From: Mobula birostris
Taxonomy: Eukaryota
DNA: 64,000 nt
Direction: 5' to 3'
NCBI RefSeq assembly: GCF_030028105.1
Contig: NC_092378.1
Location: 106,939,731 to 107,003,730, forward strand
A program made the translations under genes and the position numbers. The notes under the pieces are model-generated. The model did not search any database. It saw nothing but the letters and a program-made list of their open reading frames with translations, and was not told where the DNA came from. Each line of letters starts with the position of its first letter. The stretch's first letter is position 1. This document shows, piece by piece, positions 47,919-60,985 of the stretch.

Positions 47919-49329
47919 GTAAGTATGAACATCTACCTGTGACTTTTCTATCAGGTCGTGCCTTGTTTCTTTCGTATTCAATTTTCTCTCAAAAAAAATC
48001 AAATAATTAGTTTAAAAAAATAAAGTCCGTCAAGTTCGTCATAACGAAGAGGAAAATAGACAACAGTACCCAAGGTGTTCTTCACTCGAATCGAAGGCCG
48101 TCGGGTCTGGGCTAACTTGTAGCTGACCTGTACAAATGTGCGGACGGAGGCCACATGTGCGCCTCGTAGGCCATAGCTGGTACACCCTCACTTTAGTGTT
48201 GAAACTGTAGTTGTGTGCAATTTTAGGTAACGAATTCGGGCTGAGCAAAATGGTTGAAATTAATTACGGAATATACATGGAATGTAGAGTTACTAGTTCC
48301 AAAGCAAGATTTTTAAATGAGGTAGAGTCAGCTCGCAAGAATATACCTTTGTAAATAGCTGTAAATATCCTGTGGATCAGGCAGTATCTGAGAATAGAGA
48401 AACCATGAGTAATATTTCAGATGGATAATCTTTCACTAGAGCTCAGAAAAAGCTAGAAAACACTTTTCTAACTTCCTGGTTCTGGTCATTTCTGTTTTTC
48501 TCACCACAGATGATGATTGAAATAGTACCAGTATGTTCTATACTTTATCCAAAATCTGCAGCTTATTTTTTGCAATTTTGGTGTCATTTGAAAGATTGAT
48601 TGCAAAAAGACATAGAGATTGGAATTGTTATAGTAAACAGTCAGCTGAGATCAGTGAAGATTCAAAACACGTTCATTATGAAAGAATATGTAAATTATAC
48701 ACTTTGAGATTTGTTTGCTTACAGGTAGCCACAAAGCAAGAAACTCAAGTAACCCAATTTTAAAAAGAAAGAAAGACCATTACTACTGCGCTGAGAAAGA
48801 GGGGAAACACACACAAACCATGCAAGTGATAGGAGCAAGCTGCAGCATTCCGAACCAGATTGAGTCCTTAGATCCACTCCCATGTCTGGATCTCAGTTCA
48901 TCGTATTAGTGAGGCAAAAATACTGCAAAACTCACAGAGACAGATAAAACAAGATGCAAGTGGGATACTCAACCAAAACGAAGTGTGAATTTTGAAATAA
49001 AAGTACCCAGAATATTAAAGTGCTGAGCAGGTCAAGTTGTGTCTGGAGAGAGAAGCAGTCATTTTATATTCACTCTGAAAGACTATGATTTTTTTTCTCT
49101 TCCTTTCCACTTATTACTGCTTAACCTGCCTGGTAATTCTTCGGCAGTTTTTGGTTCTTATTTCAGGTTTCTGACAATTTTTTTTCTTTATTATCTGAAT
49201 TTGTTGCTTGCTAACCTTTTAATGTTCAAGAGAATTCAAGTCCATTTTCCATGGCAAGCATTTAGGACTATTCTGTATGATATACGATAATAATTGATAA
49301 ATACTATTTTTGCCCAAATATTGATGCTT

Positions 49330-50060
49330 CAGAGAACATGCAATTCTTAGTATCAGAATTGGAGCCAGTGGATGAGATATTATTTGGAGATTCAGAAAGC
49401 TTTCAATTGGGTGTCAGTCAAAGAGATGTTAAGCAGGTAACTGAGATTGAGAATGATATTCTGGTACAAATTATAAATTGGTCATTAAAATAAAAGCAGG
49501 TCATCAGTGGGTTGTCAGGCTATGACTAATGGTTTGTTTCAGCATTGGTATTGTTCACAGTCTATTTTGTAAATTTGGATGAGGAGATCAAGTCTTGTTG
49601 ATGAGATGAAACTGGGTAGCGGTGATGGCTGTGGGGAGGACGTGGATGCCCAACTTAATGGGCAAGGCATGGCATATGGAATAAGATCTGCAGAAAAAAT
49701 GCAAGATTTTGATCTGGAAAAATAGAAACTTTTATGCAGCTTGGGTCTGTACTCCTTTGAGTTTAAAAAGATGCAGGAAAATATAGAAACAAATTAAATG
49801 CATGTGGGATTTGACAGTAGATGCAGAGATTGTGTTTCCCCTGGCTGTGATGTCCAGAGTTGAGAGCCAGTTTCAACACAAAAGAATCATTCAATACTGA
49901 GATCAGAAATATCTAGAGAATAGTGAATCTTTGGCATGTTCCACACTGGTGGCTATTCAAGACAGATTAACAGCTGTTTGAATATGTGGAGAATGGAGGG
50001 GTATGGTGTTTGTTCAAGAATGTTGCACTGAAGTAAAAGATGAGCCATTATCTGTATGGT
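49330..50060 (+). mobile_element. Old CR1 LINE relic in LUC7L intron 1
   Basis: tatttggagattcagaaagctttc and agaatagtgaatctttgg remnants. Confidence 0.5.
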
Positions 50061-51506
50061 TCATACTTGTTCTAAGTAGAAGAGGCCCAAAGGCCTGTAT
50101 CTTATTTGGATTTTCCATATTTTTTATAACATCAGATAGAGACATTTTATGCTTTAAACACAAATAATTCAATTAATAAAAAAGATGGAAGTGTCCTGTC
50201 ATTATTTTAAATATTCATGAATTTAAATTCTTTTGATTAGGTCCGCTGAATGTACCTTTATTTTAATACTTAATCCATAAAATGTGTAAAATATAAGAAA
50301 GTGTTGTGCAGTAATGTGAATCTCTAGACAGCACTGAGAAATTTTAATGTAAAATATTTTACTGAAAATTTCATAATAATTGATATTGGTTCAATGTCAC
50401 AGTGTATTAGGTATACTTACTATTATATTGAAAGCAAAATTTGTTAAAATCTTTGAAAGATCTTTCTTTGAGTTGTAGCAAAAATCCCAAATATTTTCCA
50501 AAATAAAATTGCTATTGAGTGAAATGTGATAAGTGTTTCCTCCTTTTGCTGCACTTGTGACTGTTACTCCAGTAAAATAAACATAACAAGACTAATGAAA
50601 CTTGGAGAAAAACCATCTTTGGTTTTGGCCTATTTATAGAGGATGAAGTTGTCCTTTAATAATATGCCCAGGACTAAATTCCAGTAAATAACAGCAGCCC
50701 TTTGAAATTGCATCTTGTTGAAACACGGGAGCAGAATATAACTGCAGTTTAATAAGTCATGCACATAAAGATTAGGCAGATCATGTTTTTAATGTCAAAA
50801 GTAAGCACTGAAGATATGTATGAGGAAACTGCTTTTGAAAGTTTCTAAGGTGATCTTTCTGTTCTCTTTGATAGCAAAATTCTTTTTGCCGTGATGGGAC
50901 ACATGGGTACTGTTGATTTATTTTCACTACTCTCGTACATTGCATTGTGTATGCTTTGGTACAAAATTTTTATTATTGTAGATAATATCTGATTTTATTT
51001 GAACATTTTGTTTAGAACTTTTAAAAGGAATTTTCGTTCCATGATTTATAGTGAAGAAAATCCTTAAGGTTGTGTATCTTTTAACTGTAATATCTTTCAA
51101 AATAGTTTGGTGAAATGGAACTTTTTAAAATGGTCTTGCAGTTTTTTTTTCTTTTTGAGAAGGCAAGAGAAACATGTAATTTTAAGGAGATTAAACCAAG
51201 CAATGATGCTTCCCATTTTTAACTTGTTAAATGACTGCAATTATTAGTAGTTTGTTCTTTCACTGATTGTCAAATGTTTGATTTTTGTCATCTGTTTCCC
51301 GTACTGAACTGAAAGGCACTAGGTATTATCTGGATGTTCCTTTTGTAGGAATTTGGCTTTTAACAGTGTAGTGCAAATTAATGGCTTGCACTTCAATTTC
51401 TTACAGGAAGCTCAGTTATGTTTTATTTAGTTACATTTGAAATTTGCTTCCCATATCTCTATTCATACAAACTGAACAATTGTGGCCCCTTGTTTTATTT
51501 ATAAAG

Positions 51507-51577
51507 GTTCAATGTATCTTTGCCTGCCTACATCAATCTGCAAGGGAGTTGCAGAAAAGCCTCATGTTCATCGAGCC
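51507..51577 (+). other. LUC7L: Candidate 71 nt poison cassette exon in LUC7L intron 1
   Basis: ttttatttataaag| ... GCC|gtgagt. Inclusion shifts the frame to TGA at 52373-52375. Confidence 0.75.
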
Positions 51578-51874
51578 GTGAGTCATGAATAATTTTTAAA
51601 GCTGTTATGAATATCAAAAAAAGTGTTTGCTTTTCAAAAGTAATTAATATAAACAACATAGTTTAGACTAAATAAACTGCATACAGTGGGAGCACTACAT
51701 GGTATTTGGATGCTTGCAGATCTAGAGAAATTATATTTAAATATTACACATTTATCATATACACAAAATATCATTAAAATTATCACCAGTTACATTTTAC
51801 CTTTCCTTTGAACACCTTGCTACATGGTGTGGCTCAGAAAACTTTTTTTTTACAGCAAGTATAATTCTTTGCAG

Positions 51875-52041
51875 ATGAGGCGCAAAGGTTGCGAATGCTG
51901 TGTGGTATCTTTTGGACGCTCATTGTATATTCAAACCCTAACCTGAGTTTTTTGTCTCTGAAAGTGTTGGACGCTGTCATGTGCTGTCAGTAAAAGTGGA
52001 CTCTGCCCATCATTCACTTAAAGTACTTAAACCTACTTTGG
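51875..52041 (+). other. LUC7L: Candidate second poison cassette exon (167 nt) in LUC7L intron 1
   Basis: ttctttgcag|ATGAGGCGCAAAGG...TTGG|gtaatc. In-frame TAA at 51991-51993. Confidence 0.6.
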
Positions 52042-52351
52042 GTAATCATTTTGACATTTTGCAATGTTTTTAAAAGGCATGCCTTTGTTGGAATTTCTGT
52101 ATAATATGATTAGAGTACCACATTCCAGAGGTCCAAGATTAAGAAGAATATTTTTCCAAGGTGTTGCAATGAATTGTGTGTGTACTATCCAAAGAACGTT
52201 TGCATTCTGCAGTAAAATGAGGAACTAGTCCCATTATTACATGCAAGAAGCCATAGTACATTAATTTGCTTCAAAAACGGCCTCATGATGTCCAATTATT
52301 CAGTCATTTTGATAATTTTGATCTCATTAGCTTTAAACTGCCTTGTTTCAG

Positions 52352-52446
52352 GAGATGCAACACGACAACGTGTGAAATTCTCAGATGATAGAGTTTGCAA
52401 GAGTCATCTTCTTGGTTGCTGTCCTCATGATATCCTTTCAGGAACG
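52352..52446 (+). CDS. LUC7L: LUC7L exon 2
   Basis: GDATRQRVKFSDDRVCKSHLLGCCPHDILSGT. Confidence 0.95.
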
Positions 52447-52511
52447 GTATGTAGTTTTAATTTTTTTTTACTGATCTGGGAGATGAGAAAAAGTAACACT
52501 ATTTTCACATG

Positions 52512-52737
52512 ACACACAAAATGCTGGAGGAACTCAGCAGGCCAGGCAGCATCTATGGAAAGAGAGTACAGTCGAAGTTTCAGGCCATGACCCTTCATCA
52601 GGCCCTTCCTGCTGAAGGGTCTCGGCTAGAAACGTCGACTGTACTCTCTTCCCATAGATGCTGCCTGGCCTGCTGAGTTCAACCAGCATTTTATGTGTGT
52701 TGCTTCTATTTCCACCATATGCAGATTTTCTCCTGTT
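52512..52737. mobile_element. Hairpin mini-Penelope insertion in LUC7L intron 2
   Basis: ~95 bp inverted arms centred near 52605, degenerate hammerhead motif on each strand. Confidence 0.8.
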
Positions 52738-53907
52738 ACTATTTCTGGTTTCTTTCTGTTCTCAGCTTTTAGAATGGATGGTCTGTGCTTCAAATTTCTC
52801 TGATTGCAGTATATTCTTCTCTGATCACCCAACTCTTGTGTAAACAGGACAGTTAAAAAAAATTCAATTCCAATATTAAACCTTCTGTATAAATGCAAAA
52901 GTATCAATGTAAAATCAATAGTGTATTTTGAGATTTCATTTTGATGCCCTGATTATACATCAAACTGAAACAATTTGAGGCCATACTGTTGTCATGTTCT
53001 TGAACAGGTTAGGGGTGCAGTAAATTTCCATTTCTGTGTGGGAGGGTCATGCTTTACAAATGTCCCTATAATTTATTGGACAAAATAGTGTAAATGTTAG
53101 GGATTTAATTTGTTTTACAGATAAAAATTAATATAACCATAATTTCTTTCAAGTAAAAATAAATTTATGGTCTGTAATAGACCACTGTAAGTTGCTTGGG
53201 AAGCATTGCTGTCAGTAAATTGCAACTTTTTTGTCTGAATGAAATTTCCAACTCCCTATCAGTACAAAGGTATTTAAAGCAGGTGGCATTTCAGTAATAT
53301 CAGCATCCTTGGCATCCACAGCCATCTATGGCAATGAATTCCATAGATTTACAACCCTCTAACTTAATAAATTCTTCATCTCTGTTCCAAAGGGATATCC
53401 TCCTATTCTGAGGCTGTGCCCTCTGGTCCTAGGCTCCCACTATTAGAAACATACTCTCCATGTCCACTCTATGGCATAATATAGCATTCTTTGGGCAGGA
53501 TAACTTTTAATTGAATACACCAGGCTAAAATTTTGCAGGATGTTCATTGATGCTTTTTATAAACAGTTGAACTAATCAGTCCTAAATTTTTGAATTCAAT
53601 AGAACAGATAACAAAATTCACTGTGGGGTTCAAGATATTTTGATGTAAATGGCTAAGCTACAAGACTATACTAATGTGTTGACGTTTTTTAAGAATTTAT
53701 TATTAACATGTAGTTAGTATTTTGGATCTTAGAAACCTGGTAAATTTTTGAATTTTTAATTTTACTTTTTAAAAAGTAGTAAGCCTTAAATTAATTAAGG
53801 AATGTAATGGTTAGCGCATTGTTTTAACAAAATATCGCAGCTTGCATTTAAAGGACATTGTCTGTTTTTGAATATTGTGTTTCCACTCAAAATGTTCTGT
53901 TTACTAG

Positions 53908-54006
53908 CGTATGGACCTGGGAGAATGCACAAAGATTCATGACCTCGCTTTGAGAGCTGATTATGAAATTGCTGCAAAAGAACGAGATTTATTCTTTGAA
54001 CTTGAT
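53908..54006 (+). CDS. LUC7L: LUC7L exon 3
   Basis: RMDLGECTKIHDLALRADYEIAAKERDLFFELD. Confidence 0.95.
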
Positions 54007-55426
54007 GTAAGTTACCTGATTGTTTGAGTGTGAATTATTTGATTATACTTTTCTAATGGTTAATGAGGAAAAGGCTCTTCAATCTTTGCCTCTTACTGTA
54101 CTTTTATTTTCACTGCTAATATGAGATGTATCAAACTTCATAATGTTAATTTGCATAATTTCCAAATCAGCACAGAACTTGCTGCTAACAGCATAACAAG
54201 CTGAGGTTTATATGTTTAAATCAGACTTTGTAAGACTAATATCATTAATGGTGCATTTTTGTATGAAATTTCAATTGACTCATTTATGTTCCCAAAGAGT
54301 TAAATCTGCTTTCTTTACACAATATAGCCTATCATATGAATTCAGTCTTTCAACTGCTTTAAATGACTTGGGTAGTAATTGAGCTTCATCAAATCACTAT
54401 TAATGTGATAATTAGATTATAACTGACTGATCGCTCATGCTGATTTTGATAATACAATTGAAAACAAAAAGCTGCATATCTGAACTAAGACAAGGAAATC
54501 TGGCACTGCTTCAGCCAGTGTTTAAGGACTTATTCTACTGAAGATTATAGTTGTATTCTTCCAGTAAGCAAGATCTGTTGTATAGTTTTGTATTGCAGAT
54601 CTTTTCAGCAATCAGATTGTTTTATTGGAGTCAACTTTAGACTCTGACCTTAATTTCTAATGAGGATAATTGTTCCAAAGTGGTGATTTGCTTGTCCTGT
54701 TGTTTCTGCTTCATATTTCTTTTGCATCTTCAGACAAATTGAAGCTAAGTACTGCACAACTGGGAACTCATAAAAGTATGGTTGATTTCTTACAGCTGCA
54801 GTTACTGAGGGGATCACTAGGGGGAGAGCTTTAAAACTTCTGCAATTGTGCTTTGTCTGTTCTCACCCAACATGATAAATATAAGACCTCCTCTGTCTTA
54901 ACTGTAACATTGTACTATTTTGAAGATTGGTTACTCTTTATATGTTAAAAGATTCTTACAAAATTAATGCTATTAAGATTTTTGAAATGGAAGGGGGAAG
55001 AATGCAAACTGTGGGGGAATAGCTTAGTGCTGGAGCAAATAGAGCGTATTTTGTGAATGAAATGGAGGACAATTGTATTGGGAACCACAGCTAGAGAGAA
55101 TTTAGAATGAACATTCTTTACATTTATAGATGACAATCTTAAAGTCTTTGCTAAGAACGGCAAAATGACTGGAGTTTGAAGAGAATAGGAATATAGAATT
55201 TGAATCTAAAAGAGGTATAATGCTGCATGGCTGTTTTGAATAAGTTTGTAAAATTTACCTAGTGCACTCATGGCAGACTTGTGCCAGCAGGCACAGCAAG
55301 GATTGAAAAAAGAGAAGTATACCAAACAAGAAAATATATGTGGGGAATTCAAAAGTATGATGGGGCTATCCAAAATTTAAATATTTCACTATGGTTTTGT
55401 GAAAAAATGTCATTATCATTTTGTAG

Positions 55427-55537
55427 GCTATGGAACATCTTGAAAGTTTCATCGTTGACTGTGATAGAAGAACAGATATTGCCAAGAAGCGCTTGGCAGA
55501 AACACAAGAAGAAATAAGTGCTGAAGTAGCTGCTAAG
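55427..55537 (+). CDS. LUC7L: LUC7L exon 4
   Basis: AMEHLESFIVDCDRRTDIAKKRLAETQEEISAEVAAK. Confidence 0.95.
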
Positions 55538-56279
55538 GTATATTTGCCATTTACTTAGCTTGAATGTAGATTCCTGTATTCTCTTCATCTGAATTATAAA
55601 TTTGGTGATTATGTCAATAAGAGAGGGGAGTTGAACCCAGTCAATGAATGATTTTAAAAATTCACTTTTTGTTGCGGAAGGAATTCAAGCAGAGTTAATG
55701 CAATATTCTTTGGACGTAACTGAATCTATGAATGGATAGTTGATGGTTGCCATGGACTTCATCTGAGGGATCTTTTTCTGTGTTGTACTTCTGAGTTTTC
55801 AGCTAGAAAATTGCAACATAGACAGTCATGGCTTTTCCAGATTAATTCCAGATTTTATATTTAACCAGATAAACTTATTCTGGGAATGTTTATTGCCCGG
55901 GGAAAAAGTTTTCTTCTATTGATAGACTTCTCAATATTGCAAGGTGAAGTGGTCAGTATGCTTTTTTTTTATAAACAAAGGAGTTGCTGCCTATTATTCA
56001 CATTCAGACATCCTGATTTGGATACATGATAAATATATTTGTTTGGAACCAATAAGGGCATACATAAATGTGACTGCAATAGTGACTTGCAAATTCCAAA
56101 GTCTGCTCTGCCCAAAAGCAGACTTGGTTTGAGTGTTTTGCTGGCAAGCATTATTTTTCCTTACGTTGGTAACAAAGATGAAAGTTCTTGCAAGTTTTCA
56201 GGAAAATGAAGTATTTCAAGTCTTTGAGAAAGCATTAGTGCAGCCTATTTTCTAGTTTTCCAAAATAAGATAAAATTGA

Positions 56280-56583
56280 GATAGATTAGCTTTATTTGTC
56301 GCATGCACAGCAAAACATACAATGAAATGCATCAGTTGCATCAACGATCAACACAGTCTTAGGATTATGCTGGGGGCAGCCCGCGAGTGTTGCCAACACA
56401 ACTTACCAACTCTAACCCACGTGTCTTTGGAATGTAGGAAGAAACTGAAGCACCCGGAGGAAACTCTACAGTCATAGGGCAGACATACAGACTTCTTACA
56501 GACAGTGGCGGGAATTGAACCTAGATCTTCAGATCTTTGGTGCTGTAAAGCCTAAAGCTAACTGCTACACTACGGTGTCGCCC
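56280..56583 (-). mobile_element. V-SINE-like element
   Basis: cacccggaggaaact core and gctaactgctacactacggtg head. Confidence 0.6.
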
Positions 56584-58191
56584 TTTAACAGTAACTTTAA
56601 TGTGAAATGTAACCTTTTATTTCCTCTGCAAACTTTTGGTTAAAGATCATAGATCATCTAGGGAATTTTTATGGTGTTAAGAATGCATTCATGTGCTTTT
56701 AGTTTAACAATGCAGTCCTTTCTACTTTGCATTCTTTAGCAATTTTCTATTTGACAGAATCATTCCTACTTCTTTAAAAATAATGACTTTTAGTTATGAT
56801 TACGTAAAGTAACATAGCTAATATTTACTTACTCTGTTCCTAAGAGTAAAATCCTTGGTGTTTAGAAGAAGGTGCAGTGACTGCGTTGAAACGTGTATAT
56901 ATAAAAAAAATTGGGAGGAATTTATAGCATAGATTGTCTTTAGATGTCAGTCTTAAAATTCTACATAATTGGCATATGGGGTAATTGAGAATACTGAAGC
57001 AAATCTGAACCAGAAGGTTGAGGCAAGCTTTGGCATTATCTAAAGGGTTTTACCCAGGTCACTGTTGGCGAGTCCATCTTACTCTGTCAAGATAGAGATT
57101 CTTAACATTTCATCTTTATTGATCACCCCCTCACTGTCAGTGATTTTTCTTAGCCAAATCTTCCCTCTATCCAGGATTGTAATGTTTTTGAGTATATTTA
57201 GTAAGGTTCTAGTTACATAGCAGATGCTGCAATATCAAGTCTTAACCAGAGTACTGATTTTGTAGAACCTTCCAATTCCCTATACTTTCTTCTCAACTGC
57301 TTTTTGCCACTTGGCTCATTTCATCCACTTGAGGTATCTGACTGCTGTCAGGCACTCCCAGATTTTGTCACTTAACTACCCAATCTTCAACCATAGTGTG
57401 GTTTGGATTACTTAATGGTCTGTGAATTAGGCCAATCATCTCCCTCAAATTGCAGCAATAAACTGCAATTTACCAAAAGAAACCGTACAGCAGAAACATT
57501 ATTAAAAAGCATGATTTAATTGTTTCAATAAAATATCAAGTATTTCATGTAACAATAAGCCGTTCTTTCTGAAGACTGCTTGAATATGCCAGTTGATAAT
57601 TACTGATTACAATTAATAAAAGTAAATTAGCTTTTTCCATATTTTTGCCTGTATCTCAATTACAATTGTTTCCTAAATTGTGATACCTGCCAAATGAAAG
57701 GTCATAGAGCCTAATTTTGAAACTTTTGGTGTGAGTATTATTATATTGAAGAATGTTTCATTAAACACAGATTTGTACAATGCCTTTTGTAACTGGATAA
57801 AATATAAACGCACAAGATGCTTAATGTTTTTGGCTGTGTATTGAACAAAATTAAGTTCTTGAATTAGCTTGCCTAAAATCAGTGTTGTTCAACACACGTT
57901 GATTTTGGAAAAATTACGGAAGTGTTGTCAGAAAAGATCAGTTGCAACTTTTACAGTTTTTGAGAAAATGAGACCAAAGCCACCATCTTTTTAATAAGCA
58001 TTAACATCTAACATGTTTTCTTAAGTCTGCTCCAAATGTTACTTTAATTGCAAACATGGGATTATGTTTTTTTCTGATTCCAGCTACTTTATGAAAATTT
58101 GATGTACAAATATGTAGCATTAGCTTGGCTTCATATGTGTCCTTTCTTTATCTTCAGTTTGATAACAAATACAGATGTATTCTATTTACAG

Positions 58192-58335
58192 GCAGAAAAA
58201 GTACATGAACTGAATGAAGAAATAGGAAAGCTTTTGGCTAAAGCTGAACAACTTGGAGCTGAAGGAAATGTAGAAGAATCTCAGAAAGTCATGCAAGAAG
58301 TAGAAAGAGTGCGAACAAAAAAGAGGGAAGCAGAG
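58192..58335 (+). CDS. LUC7L: LUC7L exon 5
   Basis: AEKVHELNEEIGKLLAKAEQLGAEGNVEESQKVMQEVERVRTKKREAE. Confidence 0.95.
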
Positions 58336-59089
58336 GTATCTGCTTTATTTTTTTAACAAGTGTGTGTTAATGCACTGATTCCACATGAAATTGCTGTGGC
58401 CAATTTGGAACATTTGAGATTTCACATTTAAATTTCTAGTGGCCAGTAGTTTTTGCTTTTGGTAGCTTGTAATCCAACTGTCATATGCGTGCACATTGAG
58501 ATTTTCTACCATTTTTGCTGGTACTTAAAGTAAATGATTGTTTTGTATATGCTGTCAGTTAATGGGACGTGGGCAACCAGACTCTCACAAGTGTTGAGAT
58601 GTAGGATAAAAAAAGTTTTTAAAACAAAGCATTGATGCAATATATTTAATAATCGATACCAGGGAAATGTAGTGCTTCTTGGAAAACTTGGAAATTTAAT
58701 GTCCATTTTAAAATTACTAACTTGCCAGTGCCCTTTGATTAAATTGTTTTTGCATTAATTCCTGTTCGGAAATCATTACTGAAAATTTCTCATTGATGTC
58801 CCACTATGCATAGGTCACAAATAGATTAGATTATAGAAACAATTAGGGAAAATTGACACTGGGGCTGAGAAATCTGAGGAAATATTTGAAGCTTAATATA
58901 AGACAAAGGCTTTTTTTTGGAGAAGGGAATATGGAAAAGTCATGCAGAAAGATAATACTCGAGAGAAATAGTTGATAATGACTAGATGGGGTATTTATGT
59001 CAAATGAGCTAATCACTGGTATATAATTTTAATTGTTAAATTTGGTGTTTTGATATTAAAGATGTTTGTTCATTGTTTGTTATGCTTAG

Positions 59090-59266
59090 GATGAATATAG
59101 GAATTCAATGCCTGCTTCTAGCTTCCAGCAACAGAAACTGCGTGTCTGTGAAATTTGTTCTGCGTACCTTGGCCTTCATGATAATGATCGCCGACTTGCT
59201 GATCATTTTGGAGGCAAGCTGCACTTGGGATTCATTCAAATACGAGAGAAGCTAGATCACCTAAAG
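59090..59266 (+). CDS. LUC7L: LUC7L exon 6 (zinc finger 2)
   Basis: DEYRNSMPASSFQQQKLRVCEICSAYLGLHDNDRRLADHFGGKLHLGFIQIREKLDHLK. Confidence 0.95.
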
Positions 59267-59484
59267 GTATTTTTTAAATTGTATTAGAAAATACATCAAG
59301 GAACTGTAGAATGTTGTGGGTGCAAGGTTTCTATAAAGCAAATATTTTCATCCATTTATGTTTGGCTACAATATTGGAAATTATTTTAATATGTTGCTTT
59401 TTATAGATAAAACTGGTCATTTTTAACTAGTAGTCAAGATGAATGTTTCTGCAGTTTCATTTATTCCTTCATTTGGAATTATAG

Positions 59485-59573
59485 AAAATTGTTGCAGAGA
59501 AACAAGAAAGAAGGAATCAAGAACGATTAAAGCGAAGAGAAGAAAGAGAAAAAGAAGAGAGGATGAAAAGAAA
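59485..59573 (+). CDS. LUC7L: LUC7L exon 7
   Basis: KIVAEKQERRNQERLKRREEREKEERMKR. Confidence 0.93.
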
Positions 59574-59746
59574 GTAAGATAAATTGCGCATATATCACTG
59601 AATGCCATTAAGATTTAATTCTCTTTAGAGCAATGGTTTTAGTTTAATGCATTCTGATTAATAATTGGTCTTAGCAACTAAAATACAAAATCTTGTTCTA
59701 TAGGTATCTATTGTGTTTCTATAATCTATTAAATATTGTTTTGCAG

Positions 59747-59776
59747 GTCCAGATCACGTAGCAGGGATCATAAGCG
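59747..59776 (+). CDS. LUC7L: LUC7L exon 8 (30 nt microexon)
   Basis: ttgcag|G TCC AGA TCA CGT AGC AGG GAT CAT AAG CG|gtaggt = SRSRSRDHK. Confidence 0.9.
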
Positions 59777-60985
59777 GTAGGTTTATTGTGCTGCAAAATA
59801 GTTTGTTATTTTTAAGCATGTGAAGAAAGAACTTTAGCTTTAAAATTTCTCATAACCTTTTGTTTTACATGTATTTTACTTGCATTGAAAGTTTGATGTA
59901 TCAGTTTTTTTACTGAGAAAGGTACTGATTGGAAAAAGTCCCTATGTTTTATTGACTTCTCATCATGCACTTCCAGAAATTTCAGTTTGCCTTTTTAACA
60001 AAGGTTTATCACATTTGGTTATATTTTTAACGGAAATTATAAATGACATATTCAGTAAATTGTATTTGAATAAATCTATTTAACATTTGATTTAATACTT
60101 CACATGATTTAATAGTGCCACTGAATAGATACTTTTTTAGATTGGAGACTGACATTTTACAGTATTTCCCTACACACATCAACAGGAAAAGAAATCTCAC
60201 GTCATGAAAATTTGAGATGTTTTTCTTTTTCTAAAATGTTATTAGGAGAAAATTGAAGATTGAAGTCCACACAGTGGTAAAACCAGTAATATGTTTGCAG
60301 TACACTAATATAAACCATTTGGTTTGTATTCAACAAAATGTATAAGTTTGAAACTATCTTAAGGTTCCATATAAAACTTGAAAGCACATGTTATTAATTT
60401 TGAATGGTGAGGAAAAGTGAGATCTTTCCCCAATGACTTCTGTTGCATGTTTTTACCTTTGAAGAGCATAACGTGATGGTAGGAATATCACAAAGCACCT
60501 ATGGTCAGGTGGAATGGTTGGGGGAGGGCTTGTGGGGTGAAGGCTTTGCCTTCAGGAACACTGTGTGAGAACTTGATGGTTCCAGATAGTTGGCAGCATT
60601 TTCAGCATTGGTCTATCTTGACTCTTGTCCCATTTTCATAATGATACCGGTATTTATGAACCAACTTTTAAAAAGGCATGGAACTCTGTACTGCCAACTT
60701 CTATCTATTCCCAAATCTGCGATTTGGGATCCAGGTCATGACACTGTGTTCATTTTCCTTCATAGATGCTGGTTGACCTGCTGAATTTCTCTAGCATATT
60801 ATGTGGGTTGATCCTGAGACCTTTATCTGTTTTGTTTCTGCATCCCAGATTCTTGCAAGCTATTCCTCAAACTTTTCTCTGCCGTGTTTGCCACCAGCTG
60901 TTATAAGTGTCCATTGTGCTGCTGTATGTATGTACTAATACTCCTGCATGCTCTGGCTCACTGAGAAAAGCAGGGTAAATCTGCT

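Noticed and set aside
4498-52907. Recurring small ORFs beginning MLVNAAGQAAS... as a peptide family
   Set aside because: They are antisense translations of the repeated non-coding Penelope 3' end.
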